Part shown: positions 40,174 to 54,070 of the stretch, one piece after another | How the letters are laid out: every line of letters begins with the position of its first letter | Position numbering within the stretch: position 1 is the first letter of the stretch | NCBI RefSeq assembly: GCF_006345805.1 | Contig: NC_043023.1 | Span: forward strand, 930,001 to 994,000 | Length of the DNA: 64,000 nucleotides | Source of the DNA: Octopus sinensis | Taxonomy: Eukaryota | Reading direction: 5' to 3' | Notes under the pieces: model-generated | What the model was told of the DNA's origin: nothing | Database searches by the model: none | The model's input: only the letters and a program-made list of their open reading frames with translations | Program-made: the position numbers and the translations under genes

Positions 40174-40560
40174 AGGTGCAGGAGTGGCTGTGTGGTAAGT
40201 AGCTTGCTTACCAACCACATGGTTCTGGGTTCAGTCCCACTGCGTGGCACCTTGGGAAAGTGTCTTCTAGTATAGCCTCGGGATGACCAAAGCCTTATGA
40301 GTGGATTTGGTAGACGGAAAATGAAAGAAGCCCATATATATGTATGTGTGTGTATATGCTTGTGTGTCTGTGTTTGGTCCGCCAACATCGCTTGACAACC
40401 TATGCTGGTGTGTTTACATCCCCATAACTTAGCAGTTTGGCAAAAGAGACCGATAGAATAAATACTAGGCTTACAAAGAATAAGTCCTGGGGGCAATTTG
40501 CTCGACTAAAGGCGGTGCTACAGCATGGCCACAGTTAAATGACTGAGCCAAGTAAAAGAG
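40174..40560 (+). mobile_element. SINE type A
   Basis: Family match. Confidence 0.85.
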
Positions 40561-40719
40561 TTTATATATATATATATATATATATTTATTATATAGAAGG
40601 AGCTTCTATTGAGTACCTTATTTACTCTGCTAATAATTTAATTTACTGCTATGTATTGAGTACCTTATTTACTGTGGTTAACCCCGACTCAACCTGGGAC
40701 CTACATATATATAATATTA

Positions 40720-40796
<77 letters not shown>

Positions 40797-40844
40797 CTGT
40801 GTTTCTGGGTGTGTGTGTGTGTATGTATATGTGTGTATATATAT

Positions 40845-41072
40845 ATTTCTTGTTACCTACAAGGGGCTACACACAGAGAGGACAAACAAGGACAGACAAA
40901 CGGATTAAGTGGATTACATTGACCCCAGTGCGTAACTGATACTTAATTTATCGACCCCAAAAGGATGAAAGGCAAAGTCAACCTCGGCGGAATTTGAACT
41001 CAGAACATAACGGCAGACGAAATACGGCTACGCATTTCGCCCTGCATGCTAACGTTTCTGCCAGCTCACCGT
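40845..41072 (-). mobile_element. SINE type B, full length
   Basis: GGTGAGCTGGCAGAAACGTTAGCA head on the minus strand. Confidence 0.8.
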
Positions 41073-42113
41073 GTGTATATAAATATATGCTCATATATTT
41101 AGAAATGTGTATGAGTGTGTATTGATAGATAGATAGATATCCTTTCACTCTTTTTGACCGTGGTCATGCTGGAGCACTGCATTGAAGGGTTTTAGTTGAA
41201 TGAATTGACCCCAGGAGTTATTTTGTAAACCTAGTACTTATTATAATGGTCTCTTTTTGCCAAGCCACTAAGTGACAGGGACATAAACACACCAACACTG
41301 GTTATCAGGTGGTGGAGGCAGTGACAAACACAGACACACACAAATAGATACACACAGACATACACACATACATAAACACATACACACATATATATATATA
41401 TATATATGATGGGCTTCTTTCAGTTTCCATCTACCATATCCACCCTCGAGGCTTTGGTTGGTCTGAAGATATAGTAGAAGACACGTGCTCAAGGTGTTAC
41501 ACAGTGGAACTGAACCTGGAACAATGTGGTTGGGAAGCAAGCTTCTTACCACACAGCCATGCCTGATCATTTAAGATCCATGTTCCATGTATGTGTATAT
41601 ATATATATATATATATACACACACATATATATATATATGTATATGTAAAAAAAGACAAACTGGGACAAGAACGCAAAACATTTAGAAGACGATACAAAAA
41701 ACATGGACGGGACATTCGAAACATTCAATCTTCAGATCATCCACGCAATCTTCGGATCATCCACGCAATTTCAGCTGATATATATATGTATATACATATA
41801 TATACACACACACACACACACGTGCACACTATATATATATATATATATATATAAATGCACCCTTTTAAAGCCTAGCCAGGCTCATGTGCCCAGTTTCCCA
41901 GTTTCTATGGCGTATGTGTTCCCTAGCTGGACGGGACGCCAGTCCATCGCAGTGTTACTCATTTTGCCAGCTGAGTGGACTGGAGCAACATGAAACGAAG
42001 TGTTTTGCTCAAGAACACAAGGCATCGCCCGGTCCAGGAATCGAAACCACAATCTTACGATCATGTGGACACCCTAACCACTAAGCCATGCACCTCCACA
42101 CTCTATATATATA

Positions 42114-42152
<39 letters not shown>

Positions 42153-42221
42153 TGCATACATACATATATTTATATATATATATACATACACACGCACACA
42201 TATATACACACACATTCATGC

Positions 42222-42255
<34 letters not shown>

Positions 42256-42332
42256 CACCACACATGCATACATACATATATATTATTATATATATATACA
42301 TACACACGCACCACTATACACACATACATTCA

Positions 42333-42387
<55 letters not shown>

Positions 42388-42574
42388 TATATACACACAT
42401 ACATATATACACATACACACACGCATATATATATTTGTTTGCACGGTGTGTATGTGTTTACCAGAAATCCTTTATCTGTACTCCAGTATGTATAAAGGGA
42501 AAAGACAATAAACATACATCCATATTATGACACAGTGCTTGCCTGTTTATTTATGTATATACAACCCCACACTC

Positions 42575-42605
<31 letters not shown>

Positions 42606-42615
42606 TTTGTAGGCA

Positions 42616-42652
<37 letters not shown>

Positions 42653-42995
42653 CGTTATCCATCTAGCTCTCTTTCTATAATATATATATATATATATTAT
42701 ATATATATTATATATATATATATAATATACGGTATATATTTACATGTTCCTACCTTCACACATGTATGCATATGAGTAAACAGAATACAGATGCAATTAA
42801 AACCTCTCTCTCTCTCTCACTTTCTGTATGTGTGTGTGTGTATGGACACATATACACACACATACAGATATTTTTATATGTATGTGTGTGCATGAGTATA
42901 CACTTATTTATGTTTATATATATATATATATAATACATACATACATATATACTCACACATATATAGTGCCTATAGTATGCATATATACTTTTTAA

Positions 42996-43376
42996 ACTCT
43001 TTTACTTGTTTCAGTTATTTGACTGTGGCCATGCTGGAGCCCTGCCTTTAGTTGAGCAAATTGACCCCAGGACTTATTCTTTGTAAGCCTAGTACTTATT
43101 CTATTGGTCTCTTTTGCTGAACCACTAAGTTATGGGGACGTAAACACATCAGCATCAGTTGTCAAGTGATGTTGGGAGCAACAAACACACACACACACAC
43201 ACACACATATAGCTATACAATGGGCTTCTTTCAGTTTCCGTCTACCAAATCCACTCACAAGGCTCTGGTTGGCCCGAGGCTATAGTAGAAGACACTTGCC
43301 CAAGGTGCCACACAGTGGGACTGAACCCAGAACCATGTGGTTTGTAAGCAAGCTACTTACCACACAGCCACACCAG
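42996..43376 (-). mobile_element. SINE type A
   Basis: Family match. Confidence 0.85.
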
Positions 43377-43485
43377 CTATAATAATAATAATAATAATAA
43401 TAATAGCTGATGAGAATGCATCGTAGTTCTTCACTCTGACTTCTGAAACTCTAAGTACTATAATGACAATCGTTTGTTCTAAATT

Positions 43486-43527
<42 letters not shown>

Positions 43528-43649
43528 CATATATATACATATATACATACATATATATATATACATATATACATATATACATATATATATATATATGCAC
43601 ACTCATATAATGTTATAAATATACACAATGTTTATTATTACCACACATA

Positions 43650-43681
<32 letters not shown>

Positions 43682-44205
43682 GCAACTCTCATACACACAG
43701 ACATATACACACACACACATATACACCCACACACATGCCTCCATCTCTAAATTATCGACATATGACACTTAAATATTTATAAACAATATTTTGTTTCCAA
43801 TGGAAATCTTAATCCCAAGAAAATAAACAGAAAAACGCATGAGACTCTGCGTCCTGCTTCCTACACGTCTCTACTCCCACCACTTCTTGACTCCTCCCCC
43901 ATCCGCCACCCCTATCTCACCCAGACAGCCCAATGTCTCTGTGGGAATTCCATTATTAAATCTTTTCTCAAACAGCACATGTTCTTCGAAACTGACTGAA
44001 TTCTTCTCTTCTGGCCAACCATACACACACACACAGATATATAGGTGCAGGAGTGGCTGTGTGGTAAGAAGCTTGCTTCCCAACCACATGGTCCCAGGTT
44101 CAGTCCCACTATGTGGCACCTTTGTTGAGTGTCTTCTACTGTAGCCTCGGGCTGACCAAAGCCTTGTGAGTGGATTTGGTAGATGGAAACTGAAAGAAAC
44201 CAGTC

Positions 44206-44255
<50 letters not shown>

Positions 44256-44377
44256 ATATAGATTGATAGATATATATATACACACACACATATATATATA
44301 AGTTGAATTTAATGTATGATAGCATCTTATAAAGCTAAATTTATAAATCCTAAATTTGTAGAAAAATTTGTTGTTCA

Positions 44378-44453
44378 GGCAGTTTAGCTTAATGGTAAAG
44401 CACTTGACACGTAATCACAGGGATGTAAGTTCGAGTCTCATGGCTGGCCACCA
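44378..44453 (+). pseudogene. tRNA-like sequence (possibly Thr-CGT derived), pseudogene or SINE head
   Basis: TAGCTTAATGGTAAAGCA D arm, CACGTAA loop, GTTCGAGTC T arm, ends ACCA; stems imperfect. Confidence 0.5.
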
Positions 44454-44777
44454 ACAGATTTTTCTGCAAAATATGGGTAGTTTATCCTGTCCATGCTATA
44501 TTATTAGCTTTATCCTGTGTTTGAGAATAAAATTATTTCCTTATCTTTATCTTTCAATACATCTCAACACGTCTAAAGCAAACTTTGTTTACTTTCATTG
44601 TAATTTGAATTTAATATATATATATAAAGTTAAAGTTAACTTTTTGGCTCAAAAAGCAAAAAGCAAGGCCATGTAGGATATATAAGGTTAAGATCGTTAA
44701 TTTAAATTAAGTAACGATCTTATCAAGTGGCCAGCATGGAAATAAAAACCTTCAAAGGTAATAATTATTATTAAACT

Positions 44778-45202
44778 TTATAACTTATGGCATCTACGAG
44801 ATACCACCATGCTGAAAATAGCAGCCAGTAACTGACTCTAAAACCACCTTAAGTGTTCATATAGCACACGGAGAGAAGACAAAAAGACAAAATAAAACTA
44901 ATAAAAAATTAATGGATAATTCCAGTATGTATAAGTTCGTATATGTAAGTATTCGTATGTTGTAAATATACATATATATATATGTTACTATCTGAGTATA
45001 TTCCACTGATGAGGCAAAGCATTTCTTAATGCAAAGCCAGAAATCCGGGATCTAGAATTATCCAGTAATTTTTTTACTAGTTTCATCTTGTCTTTTTGTC
45101 TTCTCTCCCTGTTGCTATATGAACACTTAAGGTGGTTTTAGAGTTAGATACTGGCTGCTATTTTCAGCATGGCGGTATCTCGGAGATACCCTAAGTTATA
45201 AT
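44778..45202 (+). mobile_element. Fold-back element (~147 bp arms) with a hammerhead at 45000-45058
   Basis: Arms 44778-44924 / 45053-45202; AUUCCA CUGAUGA GGC...GCC A GAAA UCCgGGA UC UAGAAU, with the other arm preserving UGGAAU. Confidence 0.75.
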
Positions 45203-45262
45203 TTTATATATATATTTATATGTTAATATATATATATATAACCGTGTGTGTATATATGTACA

Positions 45263-45313
<51 letters not shown>

Positions 45314-47137
45314 CATACATACAAGGGGCTTCCTTTGTCTATACATCCATGTGTTTGTGATTGTCGTACACCATCACTTGACAACCGGTGTGGGCGTGTT
45401 TACATCCCCATAACTTAGTGAGTTGGCAAAAGATATTGATTGGATAAGTACTAGTCTTTAAAAAGGAAGAAATAGTACTGGGGTTGATACATTCAACTAA
45501 AAAGATCTCAAGGTAGTGCCCAAGCATGGCCACAGTCTAATCACTGCAACAAGTAAAGGATAAAGATGTGTGTGTGTGTAGGAGTAGGCCTGGCTGTATG
45601 GTTAAGAAGCTTACCTTCCAAAGACATGTCACCCGAGACAAATGTCTAAGCCCTGCGCTGACAAATGCCTCGTGTGTGAATTTTGCAGATGGAAACTGTG
45701 TAGAAGCCTGTCATATATATCTGAGTGTATGTATTTCATCATCATCATTTAATGTCTATCTTCCATGCTAGTATGGGTTGGACCGTTTGACTAGAGCTGG
45801 TAAGCCAGAGGCCTGCACCAGAATCCAGTCTGCTATGGCATGGGTTGTATGGTCAGATGTCGTTCTTAACACCAACTACTTTATGGAGTGGACATTTCTT
45901 CTTTTCTTGACTTTTGTTTCAGTCATTTGACTGTGGCCATGGTGGAGCACTGCCTTTAGTTGAACATATCAACCCCAGGACTTATTCTTTGCAAGCCTAG
46001 TACTTATTCTAAAGATCTCTTTTGTCAAATAGCTAGGGTTACATAGACGTAAACACAGAAACATTGGTAGTCAAGCAATGGTGGAGGGCAGACACACATA
46101 TGTATACATACACACACACACATTCACACACACACACACACATATATACGATGAGCTTCTCTCAGTTTCCATCTATCAAATCCACTCACATAGCTTTGGT
46201 CAGCCCAAGGGTGTAGTAAAAAATCATATGCCCAAGGTGTCATACAGTGGGACTGAAACAAGAACCATGTGATTGGTAAGCAAATTACTACCACACAGCC
46301 ATTCCTGCACCTATGTTGTTTTTTAAATGTTTCTATATATATATATATTATATTATATATATATATATACATACATCATTCAAAGCAATGATTAGTAAAT
46401 TCATGAAACCAGTATGCTTTTGAATCTCTTTAACAATTCACAATAATGACTTTTATTACTTTTACTCCTACCTCTGTTCATCTAATTGTATATATATCTA
46501 TCGTTACTTTTCATAGAAAGCCTTCACTGTTTTTGATTTACAATGTGCATTTTCGCTTATTTTTTTCTTATTTTCCCCTTATATTTCCATGTGTAGTTTT
46601 TATTTTATTTTTGCAACATATTTCTATGTTATATATATATCTAACAGACCCTCTTCAGTCATGAATGACCATAGATTTGTACCTAGAATTTCCCCTCTAA
46701 GGCAGAAGTCCAGGCAACATTGTTTATGGAAGACCAGCTGTGTCCCATGCATACCAGTCTTCCCTCTCCACACCATTATATGTACATAGGATAAAAGAGT
46801 AAAGACCCCCTTCGGTCCTGAATGACCATTGGATTGCACCTAGAAAGTTACTCTCTGAGGCAGTAGTCTGGGCAAAGTTCTTTATGGAAGACCAGCAGTT
46901 ACCCCTACATACCATCCTCTTCTCTCCATGCCTCTAATGTTGTCCAAGGGAAAGGCAAATGGGCTGATACAGCTTGGCATCTGTGATGTCACGACTCATT
47001 TCTACAGCTGAGTGAACTGGAGCAACATGAAATAAAGTGCCTTGCTCAAGACCACAACACGCAGCGCAGGCCAGGAATTTAACTTACAATCTCATGATTG
47101 TGGGCCTAATGTTCTAACCACTGAGCCATGTATCTTC

Positions 47138-47273
47138 TTGCTTACCAACCACATGGTTCTGGGTTCAGTCCCACTGCGTGGCACCTTGGGCAAGTGTCTT
47201 CTACTATAGCCTCAGGGTGACCAGAGCCTTGTGAGTGGATTTGGTAGACGGAAACTGAAAGAAGCCTATCGTA

Positions 47274-47319
<46 letters not shown>

Positions 47320-47535
47320 CGTTTGTTCGTGTGTCTGTGTTTGTCGCCCTAGCATTGCTTGACAACCGATGCTGGTGTGTTTATGTCCCCGCAACTTAGC
47401 AGTTCAGCAAAAGAGACCGATAGAATAAGTACTAGGCTTACAAAGAAAAAGTCCTGGGGTCGATTTTCTCGACTAAAGGCGATGCTCCAGCATGGCTACA
47501 GTCAAATGACTGAAACAAGTAAAAGAGTAAAAGAG
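47138..47535 (+). mobile_element. SINE type A, slightly 5'-truncated
   Basis: Family match. Confidence 0.85.
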
Positions 47536-48391
47536 AGAAAAAGAGTACTGGGGTCGATTCATTTGACTAAAAATTCAAAGTGGTGCCCCAGCATGGCCAC
47601 AGTCAAATATCTGAAACATGCAAACTGATAAAAAGATATTTTAGCTGTTAGTTGCAGTTTCTGTTGTCGTAAATGTGTTAAGTTCATAGGTGTTGTAGAT
47701 GTTGTTGTTGCAATTGTGCTGCTGTTGTTGTTGTTGTTGTCGTTGTAGTAGTTATATAGTACCTCTTATTGTTGTGGTACCCCTCCTGCCCTCCATTTTG
47801 TTGTTGGTACACGGATGTTGTTTGTTTGTTTTGTGGGGTCTTAAGCAGGTTGTGTTGACATTTAAGAGATTTTTATCTGTTTATACAGTGGCAGAGATTA
47901 GGGGCCTCGAAAAGGGAGCGGAGATGGGGGTGGCCCCCCCCCCACCGCATTCTCTCTCCTTTTCTCTTTCATCGCCAGCTTTCTCAATCTTTCACTGACA
48001 GGCTGTCTGTCTCTTAAGTCCTGAAGTCTATTTTCTCACTCAGTTTCTCTTTACTGCTGAAATATATATGTATGTATGTATTTGTGTGTGTATATGTTTG
48101 TGTGTCTGTGTTTATTCCCCCCCTCCACCATAGCTTGACAACCGATGCTGGTGTGTTTACCTCTTCGTGTATGTGTGTTTGGATGTGTGTGTATATGTAT
48201 ATATGTGTATGTATGCAAATATGCCTCCACATGTCAATCAGCCTACAGTTATGACAAATCTTTAAAATGTGAAGATATACAAAACTTATGTACATATGTC
48301 TACATATGTGTGAGTGCGCTTGCGGGCTGAATTTTGAAAAGTTATAACATATAATGATGGGACACGTGTTATTTGTCTCTGAATATATATT

Positions 48392-48438
<47 letters not shown>

Positions 48439-48524
48439 ATACCTGCATACATATATATATATATATATACACACATACATGCATGCATACATACATACAT
48501 ACATATACATATATATATATATAA

Positions 48525-48602
<78 letters not shown>

Positions 48603-48917
48603 TCGACTGCTTCTCTGCCGGTGGCACATAAAAAGCACCATCCGAACGTGGCCGATGCCAGCGCCGCCTTGACCGGCTTCCGTGGCACGTTAAAAGCACC
48701 AACTGATCGTGGCCGATGCCAGACCCCCCCCTGGCACCTGTGTAGGTGGCACGTAAAAAGTACCCACTACACTCGCGGAGTGGTTGGCGTTAGGAAGAGC
48801 ATCCAGCTGTAGAAACACTGCTAGATCAGACTGGAGGCTGGCTTCCCAGACCCCGGTCAAACCGTCCAACCCGTGCTAGCACGGAAAACGGACGTTAAAC
48901 GATGATGATGATGATGA
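48603..48917 (+). mobile_element. RTE LINE 3'UTR fragment
   Basis: Family match, CpG-rich. Confidence 0.75.
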
Positions 48918-48975
48918 TATATATATACATATATATATAATATATATATAATAATATATATATATATATGTATAT

Positions 48976-49347
48976 AAGGAAAAATAAGTCAAGATAGAAG
49001 ATGCTAAAATAATTTTATAAAAAACATTTTAGTACCGGTTTTGGTTATGGAGACTTTTTCAATTCTAAGTATGGAAAACAATTAAATTTTAGAAAAATTA
49101 AATGAAAAGTATTTTATAAGAATACTTGCATTAGTAAACAAGAGAGACAGAGACAGGCAGAAACAAGGAAAATGTCCCTTGTATTTGAATACTATGCAAA
49201 TATTCCTTTATAAATTTTTCCTTTAATTTTTCCAAAATTTAATTGTTTTTCATACTTAGAGTTGAAAAAGTCTCAATGACTGCAACTGGTACTGAAATGT
49301 TTTTTATAAAATTATTCTAGCATTTTCTACCTTGACTTATTTTTTCA
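48976..49347. repeat. Diverged fold-back element, ~160 bp arms
   Basis: GAAAAATAAGTCAAGATAGAAGATGCTA... / ...TAGCATTTTCTACCTTGACTTATTTTTTC. Confidence 0.75.
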
Positions 49348-49404
49348 TATATATATCAACTTGTGTGTTCCTTTACAACCTTCTACACACACACACACAC
49401 ACAT

Positions 49405-49439
<35 letters not shown>

Positions 49440-49442
<3 letters not shown>

Positions 49443-50119
49443 ATTTATAAAAATATGGTAAAGTAAAAAAATTCACTTTACCGCACACCGAACTTTTCAG
49501 AAATGGCAGCCAAAAATTTGGCTATTTCTTCAACTGCAAGTAAAAGTCTCCAGACAATGCATACTCAGAAAAATAACTCACATAGGTATAAGGGAAAAAC
49601 AATGAAAGATCACATCCATATAAGATACCCGAGAACAGCCTGTTTCTGGATTCGTGGGTTAAACGCCACTTTTCCTTCATCAGCTCAGAGATTTCTTCTG
49701 CTTTGGATTTGAAAATACTAAGGACCAAACATACCCATCCGATATCTGTAACATCGGACAAACTATGCTGGACACACAGTACTAGCGAATCCAAAAATAC
49801 AAATGAGATATCGGATATCGGATGGGTATGTTTGGTCCTTAGTATTTTCAAATCTAAATCAGAAGAAATCTCTGAGCTGATGAAGGAAAAGTGGCGTTTA
49901 ACCCACGAATCCAGAAACAGGCTGTTCTCGGGTATCTTATATGGATGTGATCTTTCATTGTTTTTCCCTTATACCTATGTGAGTTATTTTTCTGAGTATG
50001 CATGTCTGGAGACCTTTTACTTGCAGTTGAAGAAATAGCCAAATTTTTGGCTGCTATTTCTGAAAAGTTCGGGTGCGGTAAAGTGAATTTTTTTACTTTA
50101 CCATATTTTTATAAATTAA
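49440..50119. mobile_element. Young fold-back element, ~305 bp near-identical arms, each with a hammerhead
   Basis: Arms 49440-49746 / 49814-50119; hammerheads at 49871-49932 (+) and 49628-49689 (-): UCUGAG CUGAUGA A GGA...UCC A GAAA CAGgCUG UU CUCGGG. Confidence 0.85.
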
Positions 50120-50210
50120 TACTTCAAATATACTGTAAATGGTCCTTTTACATACCGAATACTGCTTGGTCGAATTGATTAACAATTAATTAATTCTACC
50201 CTTTTTTAAT

Positions 50211-50241
<31 letters not shown>

Positions 50242-50453
50242 CTATGATCTCCCTTTTAAGTAGAAAGAATAGCCAAAACATTTTGACTGCTATTTCTAAA
50301 TTCGGTGTGTGGTGAGGCAAATCGTTGCTAAACCCTTAATTACTTAGTATTACTTAAACCTTCCTTGAATGGGGCTTTTATATGCCGAACTCTACGTGGT
50401 GAAATTAATGATTATTTCTAAATTAATTAATTTCACCCTTTATTATTGATAAT

Positions 50454-50501
<48 letters not shown>

Positions 50502-50699
50502 ATACATACATACATATATATGGCACAAGTGTGGCAATAAGTTTGCTTCCCAACCACATCATTTCAGGTTCAATCCCAATCTGTTGCTCCTCTTTCTATA
50601 GCTCTGGGAATGATTTAGTAGATGGAAACTGAAAGAAGCCCTTTGTATATGTATATGTCTGGTCAGTACTGTGATGTATGTATATATGATATGCTTCAC

Positions 50700-50975
50700 C
50701 TCTTTCTCCTGCTTGATGGGGCTGCGGGTCAGCCCAAGTTAGTGGTCCAAGTGATGTCACCACACGTAGAGCTGACCAGGTCCTTCAGTGCTCTCCATCA
50801 CATGTGATTCTATGCCAGCCCCTTTACATCCTCCAAGATGGTGTCGAACCTCTGGAGATCTTATTAATCATGTGCATCCATGAGGCATCTTCCAGCCACA
50901 ACAGCTGTGCTGAATGTGAATAAAGCCCTGGGAGGATGATCTAGCGGGAGACAGAGGACATGTCCATACCAGCTT
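50700..50975 (-). mobile_element. LINE (RTE/L2-like) ORF2 C-terminal remnant
   Basis: WYGHVLCLPLDHPPRALF...RFDTILEDVK, a decayed LRWxGHVxR motif. Confidence 0.6.
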
Positions 50976-50996
50976 GATGTGATATATTACATACAT

Positions 50997-51120
50997 ATAA
51001 GAGGGATGAACTGTAAGTGGACATCCATTATGCTAGAAGAAGATCCACTATGGTCTTACCACTAAGAAAGGAATATTCTTATAGCATCAGGGATGTCCAC
51101 TTAGTGGTCATCCCTCTTAT
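50997..51120. repeat. Imperfect palindrome, ~50 bp arms
   Basis: ATAAGAGGGATGA...TAAGTGGACATCC / GGATGTCCACTTA...TCATCCCTCTTAT. Confidence 0.8.
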
Positions 51121-51552
51121 ATTTATATAATATAATTTTTTCAGAAACTTCAAATTTTTCTATATGTTAGACCACTGGTTTCAAATTGATATTAATCAAA
51201 TTATTATTCAAATTTTCACCCTTATTATTTTTAATTTATATGTTATGTATAGATTTATCTCTCTTTCTCTTTGTCTCTGTTTGTCAGTCTGTCTGTCTCT
51301 GTCTCTCTCTCTCTCGTGTTAATGATTAAAGACTGACGATGAGCAAATTAGCTTGAAATTGAGTCAGTCATGTGATCCTGTCGTCTGCTGGGGGATCATA
51401 GGGGTTCATTCACCTGCTAGCAATATATATGCACAGGGTGCAGTGCTACAACGATAACCGGCTGGCGGAAGATCTGCCTAGGGTTAAACTAGTAGTAACA
51501 TAGAACAGCCACTTTGATATGGTGATTAACTTTACTTGTTTTAATACATAAA

Positions 51553-51960
51553 TAGGTGTAGGAGTGGCTGTGTGGTAAGTAGCTTGCTTACGAACCACAT
51601 GGTTCCGGGTTCAGTCCCACTGTGTAGCACCTTGGGCAAGTGTCTTCTACTATAGCCTCGGGCCGACCTAAGCCTTGTGAGTGGATTTGATAGACGGAAA
51701 CTGAAAGAAGCCTGTCGTATATATGTATATATATATATATGTATTTTTGTGTATGTTTGTGTGTGTGTGTTTGTCCCCTTAGCATTGCTTGACAACCGAT
51801 GCTGGTGTGTTTACGTCGCCGTCACTAAGCGGTTCAGCAAAAGAGACCGATAGAATAAGTACGGGGCTTACAAAGAATAAGTCCCAGGGTCGATTTGCTC
51901 GACTAAAGGCGGTGCTCCAGCATGGCCGCAGTCAAATGACTGAAACAAGTAAAAGAGTAA
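51553..51960 (+). mobile_element. SINE type A
   Basis: Family match. Confidence 0.85.
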
Positions 51961-52027
51961 ATATAGCACCTGCCAGGTCCTATCTCTGGGTTAATTACCA
52001 TGTCTGTGTATGTCTTTTGTATGGTTT

Positions 52028-52240
52028 TTAATCCTTTAGCATTCAGAAATGCTTATTTATTCATATTGTCTACAATTAATTAAGCATTATCTCGTTGCTT
52101 CAAGATTCCAATGATGTGAGTGGTTTGTTTTAGAATGACATTGTAGAGCAAGTGTGAAAGGTCAGATCTAGCTTGTCTCGACATAAAACAGGCAGAACAT
52201 TTGGGCTGGGTATATCTAGTTTAAATGCTAAAGGGTTGAA
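52028..52240. mobile_element. piggyBac-like MITE
   Basis: TTAA-TCCTTTAGCATT ... AATGCTAAAGGG-TTGA terminal inverted repeats with TTAA-like flanks. Confidence 0.6.
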
Positions 52241-52509
52241 TTTCATCTGGTTCTGGGGTGCTGGTTCAGGAATTCCAGAGCTTTGGAGAGTCTTGCTCAA
52301 GAACACAATACAAAGCCTGGTCCAGGAATTGAACTCACTACTTTATGATTGTGAGCCTGACGCCCTAACCACTGAGCCATGTGCTAACTACAACACCCTT
52401 TAAAAAAAAATTGTCTGTCATCCATAAGGATGATGAGAAGACCATCATCACTACATCAGACAAACATGAGCCCCTTTCTTCAGACTAAACCTGATGAAAT
52501 ACTCTCTCT

Positions 52510-53033
52510 CTTTACTCTTTTACTTGTTTCAGTCATTTGACTGTGGCCATGCTGGAGCACCACCTTTAATTGAGCAAATCGACCCTGGGACTTATTCTGT
52601 GGCCATGCTGGAGCACCGCCTTTAGTTGAGCAAATCGACCCTGGGACTTATTCTTTGGCCATGCTGGAGCACCGCCTTTAGTTGAGCAAATTGACCCCGG
52701 GACTTATTCTTTGTAAGCCTAGTACTTATTCTATCTGTCTCTTTTGCTGAACTGCTAAGTGACGGGGACATAAACACACCAGCATCGGTTGTCAAGCGAT
52801 GTTGGGGGGACAAACACAGACACACAAACATATACACACACACACACACATATATATACATACATATATACGACGGGCTTCTTTCAGTTTCCGTCTACCA
52901 AATCCACTCACAAGGCTTTGGTCGGCCCGAGGCTATAGTAGAAGACACTTGCCCAAGTTGCCACGCAGTGGGACTGAACCCGGAACCATGTGGTTGGTAA
53001 ACAAGCTACTTACCACACAGCCACTCCTACACC
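52510..53033 (-). mobile_element. SINE type A with a triplicated ~57 bp tail segment
   Basis: TGGCCATGCTGGAGCACC...GGACTTATTCT occurs three times in tandem at 52543-52710. Confidence 0.85.
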
Positions 53034-53689
53034 TATATAGGAGTTTGTACAAGTAGGACTGCTTGGCTCAATTGAGTTATGAATGCTTGCGTGCGAAGGA
53101 GCCCTTCATCTTAAAACAAGTATATGAAAGCACAACAAGGACAAAATGACACAGGAAACTCACAGATTAGATGCTATCTGGGATTGATTAGGTTACTGAG
53201 AATATCTCGCACACATACGCATATACACAAACAGGTATACATATAAACATATATATATGCATCGATGAATACCTGCACACATATACACACACGTATATGT
53301 GTGTGTGTGTGCGTGTGTATATTCTTTTATTCTTTTACTTGTTCTGTCATTTGATTGTGGCCATGCTGGTGCACTACCTTAAAGGGTTTTAGTCAAACAA
53401 GTCAACCCCTACTACTTATTCTGTCAGACCCTCTTTGCTGAAATGTTAAGTCAGAGAGACATAAACACACCAACACCAGTTGTCAAGCGGTGATGAGTGG
53501 ACAAACACAGACACAAAGACGCTCATAAGGCTTTGGTTAACCCGAGGCTATAGTAGAAGTCACTTGCCCAAGGTGCCACGCAGTGGGACTGAACCTGGAA
53601 CCACGTGCTTGGGAAGCAAGCTACTTACCACACAGCCACTCCTGCACACACACACACACACACTCTCACACACAAATGCGGGTATATGA

Positions 53690-54070
53690 GAGTAAGTTGT
53701 GATTTGACATTTGGCTGCTATTTCCAGCAGGACTAGCTCTCTATAGACATCTCACTCAGTATCTTATCCATATGTATGTAAATGTATATGACAGCGGGCT
53801 GTATTTTGAGGAGTTTTTGGTCGCTATTTCTAGCAGGTCAGCTACCATGTGGAAGTCACCTTAATTGGTGCAAGTATACATATATATGCATATAAGACAG
53901 TGGGGTGTGATTTGAGGGAGATTTGGTTGTTTTTTTCTGCAAGGTCTATCTATCATGTAGAGGTCTCCCTCATTAGCTTATACATACATATATACATAGG
54001 ATGCGATTCAAGGGGTATTTAGCTGCTATTTCTGAGAGGCTTGGCTATCATGTAGAGGCCTCACTCGCTC
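53690..54070 (+). repeat. ~105-115 bp tandem units GATTTGGCTGCTATTTCTAGCAGG...CATGTAGAGGTC; two more at 54745-54890
   Basis: Four diverged units plus two downstream. Confidence 0.7.

Noticed and set aside
49255-49300. Possible decayed hammerhead in the 48976-49347 fold-back
   Set aside because: Several core positions are mutated in both arms, so it is not supportable
49503-50042. Paired 109-111 aa ORFs on opposite strands
   Set aside because: Mirror products of the palindrome with no recognisable domain
51330-51370. CUGACGA U GAGC..GCUU GAAA UUGAG UC hammerhead-like string
   Set aside because: Helix I cannot pair adjacent to the core; not counted
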